Source: Candidatus Shapirobacteria bacterium (lineage in GTDB: Bacteria; Patescibacteriota; Microgenomatia; UBA12405). From it: 64,000 nt of DNA. The notes beneath the pieces were generated by a model. It did not search any database. It saw only the letters and a program-made list of their open reading frames with translations, and was not told where the DNA came from. Positions 30,076-40,886 of this stretch are shown here, in pieces. Where the stretch lies: assembly GCA_018062705.1 (NCBI GenBank), contig JAGORQ010000003.1:2270-66269 (forward strand). Reading direction: 5' to 3'. The position numbers and the translations under genes are program-made. Position 1 is the first letter of the stretch. Each line of letters begins with the position of its first letter.

Positions 30076-30546
30076 ATGAAACATATTGATAATAGTGAAC
30101 CTCGCATTATAGATGACCTAGTCCATTTAGCCCAAGTCGCCAAAAAAGTCCTCAGGGATCAGATACCTCTATATGGCGTGGTTAAACAACGTGAAGAATT
30201 GCGCCAAGAAATAAATGCCCAAGCCAGGGTAGTTGGCAATAGTCCCAAGACCTATCGTTCGGTTGAAGATTATACAAACCGAACGGAAGAATGGTATCTC
30301 GAAGGGGGCAGTGCCTTTAACGAAAATCCATATTGGCCTGTTCTTGGAAAATTCATGATGTTTATGAATGATATAAGCGAATCTACTATTTTACCAATTG
30401 CCTTGGTTGCTACTAGTAAACCTACCGTCGAGGAAGCTATCGCTCTAACTAGTTATCATCTAATTGTCCACGGAATAGCTGGATTAAATCATCAACGAGA
30501 GTTAGAAGCTGTTAGAAAAGAAACTGCAAAATATACCATAAAATAA
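30076..30546 (+). CDS. hypothetical protein
   Basis: ORF only. Confidence 0.4.
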   Translation: MKHIDNSEPRIIDDLVHLAQVAKKVLRDQIPLYGVVKQREELRQEINAQARVVGNSPKTYRSVEDYTNRTEEWYLEGGSAFNENPYWPVLGKFMMFMNDISESTILPIALVATSKPTVEEAIALTSYHLIVHGIAGLNHQRELEAVRKETAKYTIK

Positions 30547-30547
30547 T

Positions 30548-30889
30548 ATGACCACCACTAACCAACCAACCAACTTTAGTCTAAAAAATCTTCATGATTC
30601 TTTTATTCTTGCCATTACTAAAATTGGCCAACTCCAACTAAAAGATTTTGAGTCGAGAATCACTATTGAAAAAATGTGGTTGGACTTATTATCAGAATCA
30701 GCCACTACTCATGATATCACCAACAACAATTCCCAGCTTACAGAATCTATACTCAAATCAACCAACGAATATATTAATACCCTGCCAAATGAATCAAAAG
30801 ATGTTTTTGGTAATCAGCTTCTGACCAATATGGAACAAAAAATAGACAATTTTGTTACCACAGTTGCCAGCAAGCTGACAGACCAGTAA
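30548..30889 (+). CDS. hypothetical protein
   Basis: ORF only, 1-nt gap to previous gene. Confidence 0.4.
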   Translation: MTTTNQPTNFSLKNLHDSFILAITKIGQLQLKDFESRITIEKMWLDLLSESATTHDITNNNSQLTESILKSTNEYINTLPNESKDVFGNQLLTNMEQKIDNFVTTVASKLTDQ

Positions 30890-30933
30890 TAATTTACCTT
30901 GGTTTAACCCAAGGTTTTAGTTGCGTCGTATTT

Positions 30934-31581
30934 TTATATATCAAACTTTTCTACCATTTTTTCTTTGTTCTCGATCACAATCGCGTCTTCTCCTTGAAAA
31001 ATCAATCCCTCATTTTCAATTCTTTTTATTTGAATACTGGCAGTCTCGCGACTAACACCCAACATACTGGCGATTAATTGATGAGTGGTTTTAAACTCAA
31101 TCACTTCTTTACCATCAACTACTTTTCCGTAATCTCTGGCCAGCATCAATAGTAACCTACCAACTCGCACATAAGCATCCCCACTAATTGAGTTTTCCCA
31201 GGCTGTCAAAGTTTCATTAAACGATCCTAAACTCAACATCGTCAAATCAATTACTAACTGTGACTCTAGCTTCAAAAATTTTTCAAAATCATCCAACGGT
31301 GCCTTCCAGATTTCCAAATCCGTTAATGCTTGAAAAAAATATTTATTGGCTGTTTTCTTTTTTGCCAAAAAATAACTCATTAAAAAAATCGGTTTAAAAC
31401 CTGAATATGTGATCTCTCTACCCGACTTATCATAGTTGTATAGCCGTACATAACCTTGCTTCACAAATGCCACTTGCTCCACCATTTCGTCTGGTCGGTA
31501 AACAATATCTTTTTCTTGATACTTCAACACTGAATATCTCTCAAAAAAACTCTTCAACTTTTCCATTAAGTTTTCATTCAT
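30934..31581 (-). CDS. Crp/Fnr-family transcriptional regulator
   Basis: cNMP-binding fold plus C-terminal HTH ASMLGVSRETASIQIKRI. Confidence 0.7.
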   Translation of the reverse strand: MNENLMEKLKSFFERYSVLKYQEKDIVYRPDEMVEQVAFVKQGYVRLYNYDKSGREITYSGFKPIFLMSYFLAKKKTANKYFFQALTDLEIWKAPLDDFEKFLKLESQLVIDLTMLSLGSFNETLTAWENSISGDAYVRVGRLLLMLARDYGKVVDGKEVIEFKTTHQLIASMLGVSRETASIQIKRIENEGLIFQGEDAIVIENKEKMVEKFDI

Positions 31582-31653
31582 AACCCAATAATACCACCAT
31601 ATCTCTGTTAGACATCTAACTTACAAAAACCCTTCTCTATCAGACAATTCTTC

Positions 31654-32100
31654 ATGTTCTTTTTAACTTCATTAATCATGTTAGCTTTAATAACCGCCCC
31701 ACCACCTTTAGATGCCAGCGAAATAATTCAGCTCACCAACATTATCCGTCTCGAAAACCATTTACCAGCACTAGAATCAAGTCCAAAACTCAATTTAGCT
31801 GCCAAACTAAAGGCTGATGATATGATCAAAAATCACTATTGGTCCCACGTTTCCCCATCTGGACTAACTCCCTGGTATTGGTTTAATAAAGTTAACTACC
31901 AGTACGTTTATGGTGGTGAAAATTTAGCTCAAGGGTTTGGTGTCTCTGCCGAAGTTGTTGGTGCTTGGATGGCTTCACCATTACACAAAGAAAATATACT
32001 TTCTCCGAATTTTTGCCAAATTGGTATCGCCAAAGTCCAAGGTGTGGTCGAAAACAAAAACACCAATCTGATTGTTCAAACTTTTGGTTGTACTAAATAG
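31654..32100 (+). CDS. CAP/SCP-domain secreted protein
   Basis: Signal peptide; HYWSHV...YGGENLAQG...[12 protein letters not shown] motifs. Confidence 0.65.
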   Translation: MFFLTSLIMLALITAPPPLDASEIIQLTNIIRLENHLPALESSPKLNLAAKLKADDMIKNHYWSHVSPSGLTPWYWFNKVNYQYVYGGENLAQGFGVSAEVVGAWMASPLHKENILSPNFCQIGIAKVQGVVENKNTNLIVQTFGCTK

Positions 32101-33058
32101 TCACCCTCCCCCGCGGTGTTCTTTTAACCAGTCCCCGTTTCATCAAATACGGTTCATACACATCCATAATTGTCCCCACATCTTCCGTTAGGGCCGCTGC
32201 AATATTTTCCACCCCCACTGGTCCACCACCATACTGATTTTTGACTACATCCAAATACCGCCTATCTGCATCAGACAAACCCATTTCGTCCACCCCCAAT
32301 TTATCCAAAGCCAGTTTTGATTCTTTCAAAGTTATTTGTCCATCATTGTTTATCTGGGCATAATCCCTGACTCTCCTTAATAATCTGTTGGCAATTCGTG
32401 GCGTCCCCCGCGCTCTCTTAGCAATTTCCTCAGATGCCTCTTTTTCAATTTTAGTTTTCAATACTTCGGCTGTCCGACTGACAATTTGTGCCAGATTATC
32501 CTCTCCATAAAAATCAATTTGCTGAACTATTCCAAACCGGTCTCTCATTGGGCTACTAATCAAACCAATTCGAGTAGTGGCTCCCACAATTGTAAATTTT
32601 GGTAATTTAAGTCTGACCGAGCGAGCACTTGGGCCTTTACCTAGAACAATATCCAGCGCAAAATCCTCCATCGCACTATAGAGGGTTTCTTCGACAATTT
32701 TATTGAGTCGGTGCACCTCATCAATAAACAAAATATCACCTTTTTTGAGTCCAGTTAATATGGAAGCCAAATCCCCTGCCCGCGTTAATGCCGGACCAGA
32801 GGTGATTCGAATATTTGTTCCCATTTCGGCTGCCAAAAGCATGGCCAAAGTTGTTTTCCCTAGTCCTGGCGGACCATAAAACAAAATGTGGTCTAACTGT
32901 TCTTGTCTCTCTCTCGCTGCCCGAATAAAAATATCTAGCTGGTCTTTCAATTTCTTCTGACCAATAAATTCCGACAACTTCTTTGGTCGCAAAGACAGCT
33001 CTAATTCTTTGTCTTCTAATTTTCTATTTGGATCTAAATTTTCAGTTGTTTTATTCAT
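32093..33058 (-). CDS. ruvB: Holliday junction branch migration ATPase RuvB
   Basis: [11 protein letters not shown] Walker A and full RuvB collinearity. Confidence 0.95.
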   Translation of the reverse strand: MNKTTENLDPNRKLEDKELELSLRPKKLSEFIGQKKLKDQLDIFIRAARERQEQLDHILFYGPPGLGKTTLAMLLAAEMGTNIRITSGPALTRAGDLASILTGLKKGDILFIDEVHRLNKIVEETLYSAMEDFALDIVLGKGPSARSVRLKLPKFTIVGATTRIGLISSPMRDRFGIVQQIDFYGEDNLAQIVSRTAEVLKTKIEKEASEEIAKRARGTPRIANRLLRRVRDYAQINNDGQITLKESKLALDKLGVDEMGLSDADRRYLDVVKNQYGGGPVGVENIAAALTEDVGTIMDVYEPYLMKRGLVKRTPRGRVTI

Positions 33059-33083
33059 ACATCTTACTTCTTACATCTTAAAT

Positions 33084-33653
33084 CTATTTCCTATTTTTCA
33101 AAGCATATTCTAACTTCTCTTCTGTGGTTACCAGATCCGTCGGCACACCCTTAACCATTTGTTCAATCTCTTTTTTCTCAAATCCTAACTGTTGCAAACT
33201 CGCCGTTAAGTCATCGTCAAGCAACGGTCTTTCGTCTTTTAAATTTAACTCCCCTAGTCCACCAATTTTTGATTTTAAATCCACAATAATTCTCTGCGCC
33301 GTTTTCAATCCAATCCCCTTAATCTTTTTGAAAAAATCCACATCCGCATCACCTATTGCCTTCATAATATCCAGCGAACTTTTCTCGGCCACAATTCCCG
33401 CCGCTGTCTTCGGTCCCACTCCCGACACCGTAATCAACATTTTAAATAAATCCAATTCCTCCACAGTTTTAAACCCAAATAAAGTAATTGCACTCTCATT
33501 CATCGACGTATAAATAAACAACTTCAACTCTTTCCCTACTGTGAACTCAGCACTTTGCACTTTGCACTGTATCTCATATCCCACTCCACCCACCTCCACC
33601 TCAATTCCCCCATTCCAAATTCGGGAAACAATTCCCCTCAAGCTACTGATCAT
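33084..33653 (-). CDS. ruvA: Holliday junction DNA helicase RuvA
   Basis: MISSLRGIV... OB and HhH domains. Confidence 0.9.
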   Translation of the reverse strand: MISSLRGIVSRIWNGGIEVEVGGVGYEIQCKVQSAEFTVGKELKLFIYTSMNESAITLFGFKTVEELDLFKMLITVSGVGPKTAAGIVAEKSSLDIMKAIGDADVDFFKKIKGIGLKTAQRIIVDLKSKIGGLGELNLKDERPLLDDDLTASLQQLGFEKKEIEQMVKGVPTDLVTTEEKLEYALKNRK

Positions 33654-33717
33654 TACTCATCATAACATGTTCACCACCCGAACAAAAGACAAAGATATGC
33701 TATAATTTACCACTTTT

Positions 33718-34740
33718 ATGACGTCATCAAATCTCCCTACAGTCACCTGGGAAACTAGTATTGAACACGAAGCTCTCCGAATCATTTATTACCTAATGCG
33801 CCTCCCCGAACGCGAGCTCCAAAATCGTGGCTTTTTAGTACTTCCGTCAAGCAACCCCCAAAATTCAAATCGCACAATAGTTGTTCCTGATCTCCCCTAT
33901 CATCTAGTTTCTAGAATCTGGTTTCTAGTTTCTAAATTAATCCCCACCACCCCCATGACCGCCCCATCTTCACTCACTGATCAAATTGTTGAATTACTCA
34001 AACCCACTTACCACCCACCCAATCTCCAAATATTTCAAACCGATTTTGGCACCATCAAAGAATCTTTTTTTAAATCACTCTTTTTCCTCCTCCCAAATTC
34101 TAAGAACCGACTCCAAAAAATAAACATCATCGTCACCCATTCAGGCACCTGTTCTCAATTTAACATGCTGACACCAACCAAAACCACTCTCACTGTCTAC
34201 CTTCGTTCCGATTCCAAAATTACCGATCTTATCCAGGTTATTGTCTTATCTCTAATTCGTCACGACCTCCAACATATTGAACACAGAAGCTGGGAAGAAA
34301 TCCAAACCGTGGCCGATTTTTTGCTCACTCACACTTCACTCAATGAATCAATAAAACCCTTCAACCACCTCACCATGATGCCTCGGCTCCAACAAAAACA
34401 ATCAGGCAAATTGATCAAGGCTTCTCAAAATTACCAATCTAAACTCGGTATCCCCACCCAAAACAATTGGCGAATATCGAGCAATGAAATTTTTTATCAA
34501 AGCATCAAAATAGATCAATTGACCCCTCGCCAAAGCAAATTACTAAAATTACTTATCAAAAAATATGGCGAGGTGGTCAGCAATGATCAAATTGCCGATG
34601 CTCTTTGGCCTAATGGTGAAAACTATTCGCTCTGGGCCATTGTCAAAGAAATCGCCCGCATCCGTGCCTGTATTGTCAGCTCTGGCCTCCCCGGCTCCCT
34701 CCTCCAATCCCATCGAAAACTGGGGTATAGCTTGCGTTAA
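33718..34740 (+). CDS. winged-helix (trans_reg_C-like) DNA-binding protein, no receiver domain
   Basis: C-terminal LTPRQSKLLKLLIKKYGEVVSNDQIADALW...RKLGYSL; in-frame heptamer insert HLVSRIWFLVSKL. Confidence 0.5.
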   Translation: MTSSNLPTVTWETSIEHEALRIIYYLMRLPERELQNRGFLVLPSSNPQNSNRTIVVPDLPYHLVSRIWFLVSKLIPTTPMTAPSSLTDQIVELLKPTYHPPNLQIFQTDFGTIKESFFKSLFFLLPNSKNRLQKINIIVTHSGTCSQFNMLTPTKTTLTVYLRSDSKITDLIQVIVLSLIRHDLQHIEHRSWEEIQTVADFLLTHTSLNESIKPFNHLTMMPRLQQKQSGKLIKASQNYQSKLGIPTQNNWRISSNEIFYQSIKIDQLTPRQSKLLKLLIKKYGEVVSNDQIADALWPNGENYSLWAIVKEIARIRACIVSSGLPGSLLQSHRKLGYSLR

Positions 34741-34741
34741 G

Positions 34742-35321
34742 TCACCAGGAAAGCGTCCCTTTTCTTTGTGACCGCCTAAACCCTTTATGACCTACAGCTC
34801 GCACACAACTCACTATTTCTGCCACATGTTTTACTACATTCTGCCTACCATTCTTTTTTAAAGCGCTAGCAACTCTCGGAGAAAATCCTTCAATTTGTAG
34901 ATTAGTTTCCTTATCTTCATCCAGATGTGACTCAACCATACCATTACTACCGAATACAGTTCCTTCAATTTTTGTATAATTTGTCGACATTCTATAATTC
35001 TCCCCTATTCCTAGCCGATTCATCTCTCAGCGACATTACTACACTATAGACAGCTCGCGAAGCCTCTATTGCCTCCGGTGAGGATGTTCTTCCATGAAAG
35101 TTAAATAATGGCTTAGCTTTTTCCTGTTTATGTCTATCGATTATTTCCTGCTCAGTTTCTGTAAGAGTTCTGCCGATTGTTACAGAATCTCTTTTTGGTT
35201 CAATATTTGTTCTAAACCGAACTGTCGTTATTTTAACCGAATTACGTTCAACGACATTTACACCCAAAATATCTGCTGTATTCGTCTCTAGTAAATTCAT
35301 AAACTGTATCTTACCGACCAA
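34742..35321 (-). CDS. hypothetical protein, possibly one gene disrupted by frameshift (track ORFs 34992-35321 and 34742-35023)
   Basis: Two consecutive same-strand ORFs overlapping by 32 bp in different frames. Confidence 0.25.
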
Positions 35322-35376
35322 ATCAAAGATTATCTTGACTTTTTTATGACGTTAGAATTTCTGTTATTCTCATACC

Positions 35377-36006
35377 ATGAAGCAATACTTAAAATTTCTT
35401 GGCGAGACTTTTATTATTCTCCTAATCCCTGTCATCATCTTAACCTCAAACACAACTCTGATGGCTTACCGTTGGTATTTTTTTGGACTTAGTCTATTTT
35501 TTATCCTCTGGCAAACTATAAAAAACCAACTAACTTTTGCCACTTTTGGCCTAAACAACAACAACTTCTACTCCTCTTTCAAGGCATTAATTCTGCCAAC
35601 AATTTTAATAATTATTTTTATGATTACCACCACCAAAATTTTTCCACCAGTGCAACTTCATTCACTTTTTTCAACCGACAATTTCAACCTATCTCCAAAT
35701 TTGTTAATCATCAGCTATTGTCTAATTTCTGTCCCCATCCAAGAACTCATTTTCCGTGGTTTTTATACTTGGCGACTGTCTCGTCTAACTAAAAAACAAA
35801 ATTACCTAGTCTTTTTTTCAACCACTATCTTCACTATTCTTCATTTTCCGTTTGGGATTGCCATGACTATTGGTACTGCCATTCTCGGTTATATCTATGT
35901 TCGCCACTTTCTCAAATATCATAATCTGTACCCCATTATCTTGTCCCACATGATAATTGGGCTTATCAATATCATTATTAGATTCAATTTAGGAAAGTTT
36001 GTTTAA
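35377..36006 (+). CDS. CPBP-family intramembrane metalloprotease (CAAX protease-like)
   Basis: Multi-TM, QELIFRGF motif, His-rich TM later. Confidence 0.65.
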   Translation: MKQYLKFLGETFIILLIPVIILTSNTTLMAYRWYFFGLSLFFILWQTIKNQLTFATFGLNNNNFYSSFKALILPTILIIIFMITTTKIFPPVQLHSLFSTDNFNLSPNLLIISYCLISVPIQELIFRGFYTWRLSRLTKKQNYLVFFSTTIFTILHFPFGIAMTIGTAILGYIYVRHFLKYHNLYPIILSHMIIGLINIIIRFNLGKFV

Positions 36007-36494
36007 GCTATTTTCATCGTAAACCCGGCCGTTAGTGCCACCGCCACTGCATCCGACGCATGCGACGGTGATATTGGCTTGTCCAGCCCCAATTCCATCC
36101 TCACCATTGTTTCCACCTGATCCTTTTCTGCTCGACCATAGCCCACCAACGCCATTTTTACCTGCAATGGCGTAAATTCCTTTACCGCCAAACCATTATT
36201 AATTCCACACAGCTTCACCACCCCTATTGCCTCAGCTACTTTTAGCGCCGACTTGGCATTTTTGGCAAAAAACAAACTCTCCATCGCCATTTCTGTCACT
36301 TTATATTTTTTAATAATCTTTTCCAATTCATCATAAATAAACTTTAACCTCTCCTCGCTTCTTTTCCCCGCCTTCTTGCTAACAATCACCCCACAATAAA
36401 CTAGTTTTATTCTAGAATCTAGAATCTCGTTTCTAGTTTCTACTATCCCCCATCCTGTATTTTCCAATCCCGGATCAATTCCTAATATAATCAA
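36003..36494 (-). CDS. ruvC: crossover junction endodeoxyribonuclease RuvC
   Basis: MIILGIDPGLENTGWGIVE; in-frame heptamer insert ETRNEILDSRI. Confidence 0.9.
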   Translation of the reverse strand: MIILGIDPGLENTGWGIVETRNEILDSRIKLVYCGVIVSKKAGKRSEERLKFIYDELEKIIKKYKVTEMAMESLFFAKNAKSALKVAEAIGVVKLCGINNGLAVKEFTPLQVKMALVGYGRAEKDQVETMVRMELGLDKPISPSHASDAVAVALTAGFTMKIA

Positions 36495-36513
36495 TGGTTA
36501 AATGGTTAAATGG

Positions 36514-37386
36514 TTAAATAATCAATTTTACTTTATTCTCAACGTTTCCATCATCAAAGACTGTCACCTCAGAATACCTCGGTGTCTGAGTATTTCTCTC
36601 CTTTGATATCGCCCCCACCAGCACCGTCTCCCAGCCATCAACCGTGTAGCTCGACGAATAATGCAAATGTCCTGAGTACCCAGTCGTGACCTTATTTTCC
36701 AATAAAATGTTTTTCAACCACACCGCTTCCATTGCCGTTGTTTTACTATATTCCCCCATTACATGCTTGGAAAAATTATTTAGTAGTGGCATGTGCATCA
36801 CCGCCACACACCGAATAATCTTGCACTCCGGCAATTCATCACCCAACCATCTTTTTTGACCATCCCCCAACCCCCGCCAATTACTATTGTCGATTAATAA
36901 AAATTTTAGACCACCTTTTCTCACACTCTGAAATTTCTCCTGCCACAACCACACGTTTTTGTAAGTATCATGATTCCCCGGCACTACAAAATACTCTATA
37001 CCACCATCTTCTAGGGTTGTTTTAATTTTCTCTTCTTCGGCCTTGGTACCATCTATAGTCAAATCACCAGCCACCAAAACCATTTCATCTCCATTTGCTC
37101 TGGCGTGCACCAAAGCCTTGGCCAGAGACTCAGTGTCATTGTGTATATCCGCCATCACCGCGAATTTTAGAGTTTCCACCTTTTCCGTCTTTTGTTCTAT
37201 TCCAGTTTCCAGAATCTCGTTTCTAGTTTCTTTTCTTGAATTACTCATAACCATCCCACCAACCACTATCACCAAAATCAATGCCACTCCCACCAACCAC
37301 CACTTTTTCATTACCAATTTTACCTCATCAATAACTATAGGCCACCACCCCCTTTCTCCACTTTTCCACACAAACATCCCATACAC
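36514..37386 (-). CDS. metallophosphoesterase (calcineurin-like), membrane-anchored
   Basis: DIHND...GDLT...GNHD motifs; in-frame heptamer insert ETRNEILETG. Confidence 0.65.
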   Translation of the reverse strand: MYGMFVWKSGERGWWPIVIDEVKLVMKKWWLVGVALILVIVVGGMVMSNSRKETRNEILETGIEQKTEKVETLKFAVMADIHNDTESLAKALVHARANGDEMVLVAGDLTIDGTKAEEEKIKTTLEDGGIEYFVVPGNHDTYKNVWLWQEKFQSVRKGGLKFLLIDNSNWRGLGDGQKRWLGDELPECKIIRCVAVMHMPLLNNFSKHVMGEYSKTTAMEAVWLKNILLENKVTTGYSGHLHYSSSYTVDGWETVLVGAISKERNTQTPRYSEVTVFDDGNVENKVKLII

Positions 37387-37431
37387 ATATACTCTAGGAT
37401 TAAATACATTAATTTAATGATATTTATCGCT

Positions 37432-37486
37432 AAATTAGTAATTAGTAATTAGTAATTGGTAATTAGTAATTAGTAATTAGTAATTA
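37432..37486. repeat. (TAATTAG)n heptanucleotide tandem array, about 8 units
   Basis: aaattagtaattagtaattagtaattggtaattagtaattagtaattagtaatt. Confidence 0.9.
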
Positions 37487-37507
37487 GTAATTAAAGTATA
37501 ATCAAGT

Positions 37508-38593
37508 ATGTCCCTCTACGACGACCTACGCTTAAAACTCCCCCAACTCGACATTCGCCAAAACTCTCCCCTCGCCCCCTACACCACTCTTCGCATTGGC
37601 GGTCCTGCTGAATGTTTGGTTGTGGTCACCAAACAATCCGAACTTTTTTCCATTCTAAAATTTATTTCCCAACAAATTGTAGATTGTAAATTGAAGATTG
37701 AAGATTTTCGTATTCTCGGCAAAGGCTCCGATCTGGTAATTTCCGACTCTGGCCTACCCGGTCTAACCATTATCAATCGTGCCTCCCAGATCCATATTCA
37801 CCCCAAAGTTGAAATGATAAATGGTTCAACGAAAAATGATAAATTTTCCCCAATCAGCACTCAGCGGAATGAAAATGAACCAGAAAAATATCTTGATTTT
37901 GGGAAAATCGATTATGACGAATCAGGACTACCCACTCAACTAGTTACTCTCCAAGCCGGTACACCACTTCCCTTTGCCATCAACCAATTACTCAACGAAG
38001 GTCTTACTGGGCTCCAATGGTTTGCCTATATTCCCGGTACTGTCGGCGGTGCTGTTTATCAAAACATTCATGGTGGCAAATACCATTTTTCCGATTATAT
38101 CGACTCTATAAAAACTTTTAATCTCAAAACTGGTAAAACTCAACTTTTCAAAAAAACCGATTTAAATTGGCACTACGAAACCAGTTTTTTTCAATCAAAC
38201 TACCATTTAATAATACTTTCTGCCACACTTCGACTTTTTCGGGGCGACGCCAACCTGGCTCGACAAGTAACCACCGCTTGGATCGCTCAAAAAACCAAGG
38301 TTCAACCCATGAATTCCGCCGGCTCAGTTTTTGCCAACCCGTCACCCGAAATTTGTCAAAAAATTTGGGGCGAACAAAAATCAGCCGGTTGGATCATCGA
38401 CCACGAGTTGGGCTGGAAGGGTAAAGCTATCGGCGGTGCTCAAATTAGCCCGCTTCACTCCAATTTTATTGTCAACACTGGTACCGCCACCGCAAAAGAC
38501 TACCACTCCCTAGTCAAACAAATCATCGCCGAAGTTAAAACTCGTTTTGACTTTGAACTTATCCCTGAAATAAAGTTTTTAGGACAAATTTAG
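37508..38593 (+). CDS. murB: UDP-N-acetylenolpyruvoylglucosamine reductase
   Basis: FAD-binding N-terminus and MurB C-terminal collinearity; in-frame heptamer insert IVDCKLKIEDF. Confidence 0.8.
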   Translation: MSLYDDLRLKLPQLDIRQNSPLAPYTTLRIGGPAECLVVVTKQSELFSILKFISQQIVDCKLKIEDFRILGKGSDLVISDSGLPGLTIINRASQIHIHPKVEMINGSTKNDKFSPISTQRNENEPEKYLDFGKIDYDESGLPTQLVTLQAGTPLPFAINQLLNEGLTGLQWFAYIPGTVGGAVYQNIHGGKYHFSDYIDSIKTFNLKTGKTQLFKKTDLNWHYETSFFQSNYHLIILSATLRLFRGDANLARQVTTAWIAQKTKVQPMNSAGSVFANPSPEICQKIWGEQKSAGWIIDHELGWKGKAIGGAQISPLHSNFIVNTGTATAKDYHSLVKQIIAEVKTRFDFELIPEIKFLGQI

Positions 38594-39374
38594 GTAAATC
38601 CAACTTCCTTTTCCTTCTCCCCTTATCAGTAAAAAACGAGTAGAGCCACTCCAGTCCCATCCCCCTCACCCACCTTGGCGCTCGAGGCAATTCTCCAGAA
38701 TAATAATCAAAAGTCCTCCCCAACCCAATCACCACCCCCACCTTAAGCTCGTGAAGATGTTCGTTTATCCACTCTTCTTGTTTCTTCATTGCCCGACAAA
38801 CAAATAAAAAATCTACTTTTATTTCAAAATTAAAATCCTCGGCCTGTGCCCCTACCACTTTTAATTTTGGATATTTTTTCAAAAAATATTTCGCTGTCCG
38901 CTCCGACCTATCATCCCAACCCCCATAAAAAAACACCGTCTTATTAGTTTTCTCCGCCAAGGCACACAACTCATCGACCAAGTCTACCCCCGAAATAATT
39001 TTATTTTTATATCCTCCGCCCAAAACTTTAACCCCTTCTATCGCTCCAAAAAATATTCTTTTTACTATTTTAATAATTCGTAATTCGTCATTCGTAATTC
39101 GTAATTGAACTTCATTGGCCCAGGCTAATCCTACTCCATCAACCACGTTAACCGATGTCCGCTCTTGCAACATTTTCAAAAATTCCCCATCCTTCCATGT
39201 AGCCATCACAAACTCCGGATTCACAGTAGCTATCCAAACCGGTTTTTTAAGTTCACCCGATTCTACCATTTTTAGCAGTAAGCCCATCGAACTGCCAAAT
39301 AGTGGAATTCCGTACATATAGTCTATCTTTCCGCATTTTTCTATTATCAGTCTAGACTCTTCTCCAGTCCTCAT
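38559..39374 (-). CDS. WecB/TagA/CpsF-family glycosyltransferase
   Basis: Collinear with TagA family; in-frame heptamer insert LRITNDELRI. Confidence 0.65.
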   Translation of the reverse strand: MRTGEESRLIIEKCGKIDYMYGIPLFGSSMGLLLKMVESGELKKPVWIATVNPEFVMATWKDGEFLKMLQERTSVNVVDGVGLAWANEVQLRITNDELRIIKIVKRIFFGAIEGVKVLGGGYKNKIISGVDLVDELCALAEKTNKTVFFYGGWDDRSERTAKYFLKKYPKLKVVGAQAEDFNFEIKVDFLFVCRAMKKQEEWINEHLHELKVGVVIGLGRTFDYYSGELPRAPRWVRGMGLEWLYSFFTDKGRRKRKLDLPKFVLKTLFQG

Positions 39375-39776
39375 AGCTCCATTTTAGCAAATATTTCCCT
39401 ATACTCCCCTAGCAAAAACAGTTACTGGATAAGAAAATATTTTGCGACCTGTTTTTGCCCACCAACAACCACATCAAACTAGTCAAAAAACCCTCGATAC
39501 CAATAATTATACAGGTTAGTCAACATAACTATATCACCCGTTAAATACCTAATTTACTATAAGTTTTAAAACCAACTATATCATCTTTCAAAAAACAATC
39601 GTTTAGAACAACATTTTTATTCAACATAATTACCTATGACCAAAGCAATTAATCTAAATATTTACCAAAAATATACCAAAACTCTACCAAGAACAATATA
39701 AGTTAAAAAGACAATGATAAATGACAAATGATAAATGATAAATATTCAAAATTACAGGATGTAATTTTGAAGTATA

Positions 39777-40778
39777 TCATCTAATCGCCCGACGATACGC
39801 CTCAATATTTTCCAACGCTATCCCAGTCCCCTTAATTACACAATGTTGTGGCTCCAATGCCACATGGACCGACACCCCAATTTCTCGGGTTGCCAAAATA
39901 TTAAAATTTCTCAACTGTGATCCGCCACCCGACAACACCATCCCCCGATCCAAAATATCTGCCACCAACTCTGGTGGAGTTACTTCCAATGTATCTTTGA
40001 CCATCCGAATAATATTGTCCAGTTGTGGTCTAATCCAATCGTACACCATATCCGAATCAACCAATACCATTTTTGGCATTCCGTTAATCGAATCCCTACC
40101 ATTAACCTCCATCGTTTCTGCTCTCTTCAGTTTAATTGCACTGCCAATTTTTATTTTTATCGCCTCAGCTGTCTGCTCGCCAATTATTAAATTATTTTTT
40201 TTCCTCAGGCCTTCCATTATTGCCCAATCCAATTTATTTCCGCCCACCCTAACTGCTTTGTGAGTCACCACCCCACCCAAAGAAATGACTGCTGCCTCTG
40301 ACGCTCCCCCTCCTATATCGACAATCATGTTTCCATAAGGCTCAGATACTGGTATCTTGGCACCAATTGCCGCCGCCAAAGGTTTGTCAATTAAATAAGC
40401 CCTTCGTGCCCCTGCCGACAAAGTTGCATCCAGAACCGCTCTCTGCTCAACCTGAGTTACTCCCGCTGGCACACACACCATCACTTCTGGTCCAAAAAAC
40501 CACGCCATACCCATAACTTGCCTTAAAAAAGCCTTTATCATCGCCTCTGTTACCTCATAATCTGATATTACCCCGTCCTCCATCGGCCGAATAACTTCAA
40601 TATATTCTGGAGTCTTACCCAACATCTTCTTAGCTTCGTTTCCCACTGCCAACACCTTCCGATCATCCACCCCCACCGCCACCACCGAAGGTTCATTTAA
40701 GACAATTCCCACCCCCGCCTCCCACACCAAACAATTGGCCGTCCCCAAATCAATTCCTAATTTCTTAAAAAATTTCAT
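39777..40778 (-). CDS. mreB: rod shape-determining protein MreB
   Basis: LGIDLGTANCLV... actin-fold motifs throughout. Confidence 0.95.
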   Translation of the reverse strand: MKFFKKLGIDLGTANCLVWEAGVGIVLNEPSVVAVGVDDRKVLAVGNEAKKMLGKTPEYIEVIRPMEDGVISDYEVTEAMIKAFLRQVMGMAWFFGPEVMVCVPAGVTQVEQRAVLDATLSAGARRAYLIDKPLAAAIGAKIPVSEPYGNMIVDIGGGASEAAVISLGGVVTHKAVRVGGNKLDWAIMEGLRKKNNLIIGEQTAEAIKIKIGSAIKLKRAETMEVNGRDSINGMPKMVLVDSDMVYDWIRPQLDNIIRMVKDTLEVTPPELVADILDRGMVLSGGGSQLRNFNILATREIGVSVHVALEPQHCVIKGTGIALENIEAYRRAIR

Positions 40779-40886
40779 AAAAATATTCTCCTACCAAATC
40801 ATTCTATCAAAAAGAACCACCTCCACTATCACTTTCCTTCATTATTAATTATTAATTATTAATTAGTAATTAGGTATAATATCTTT

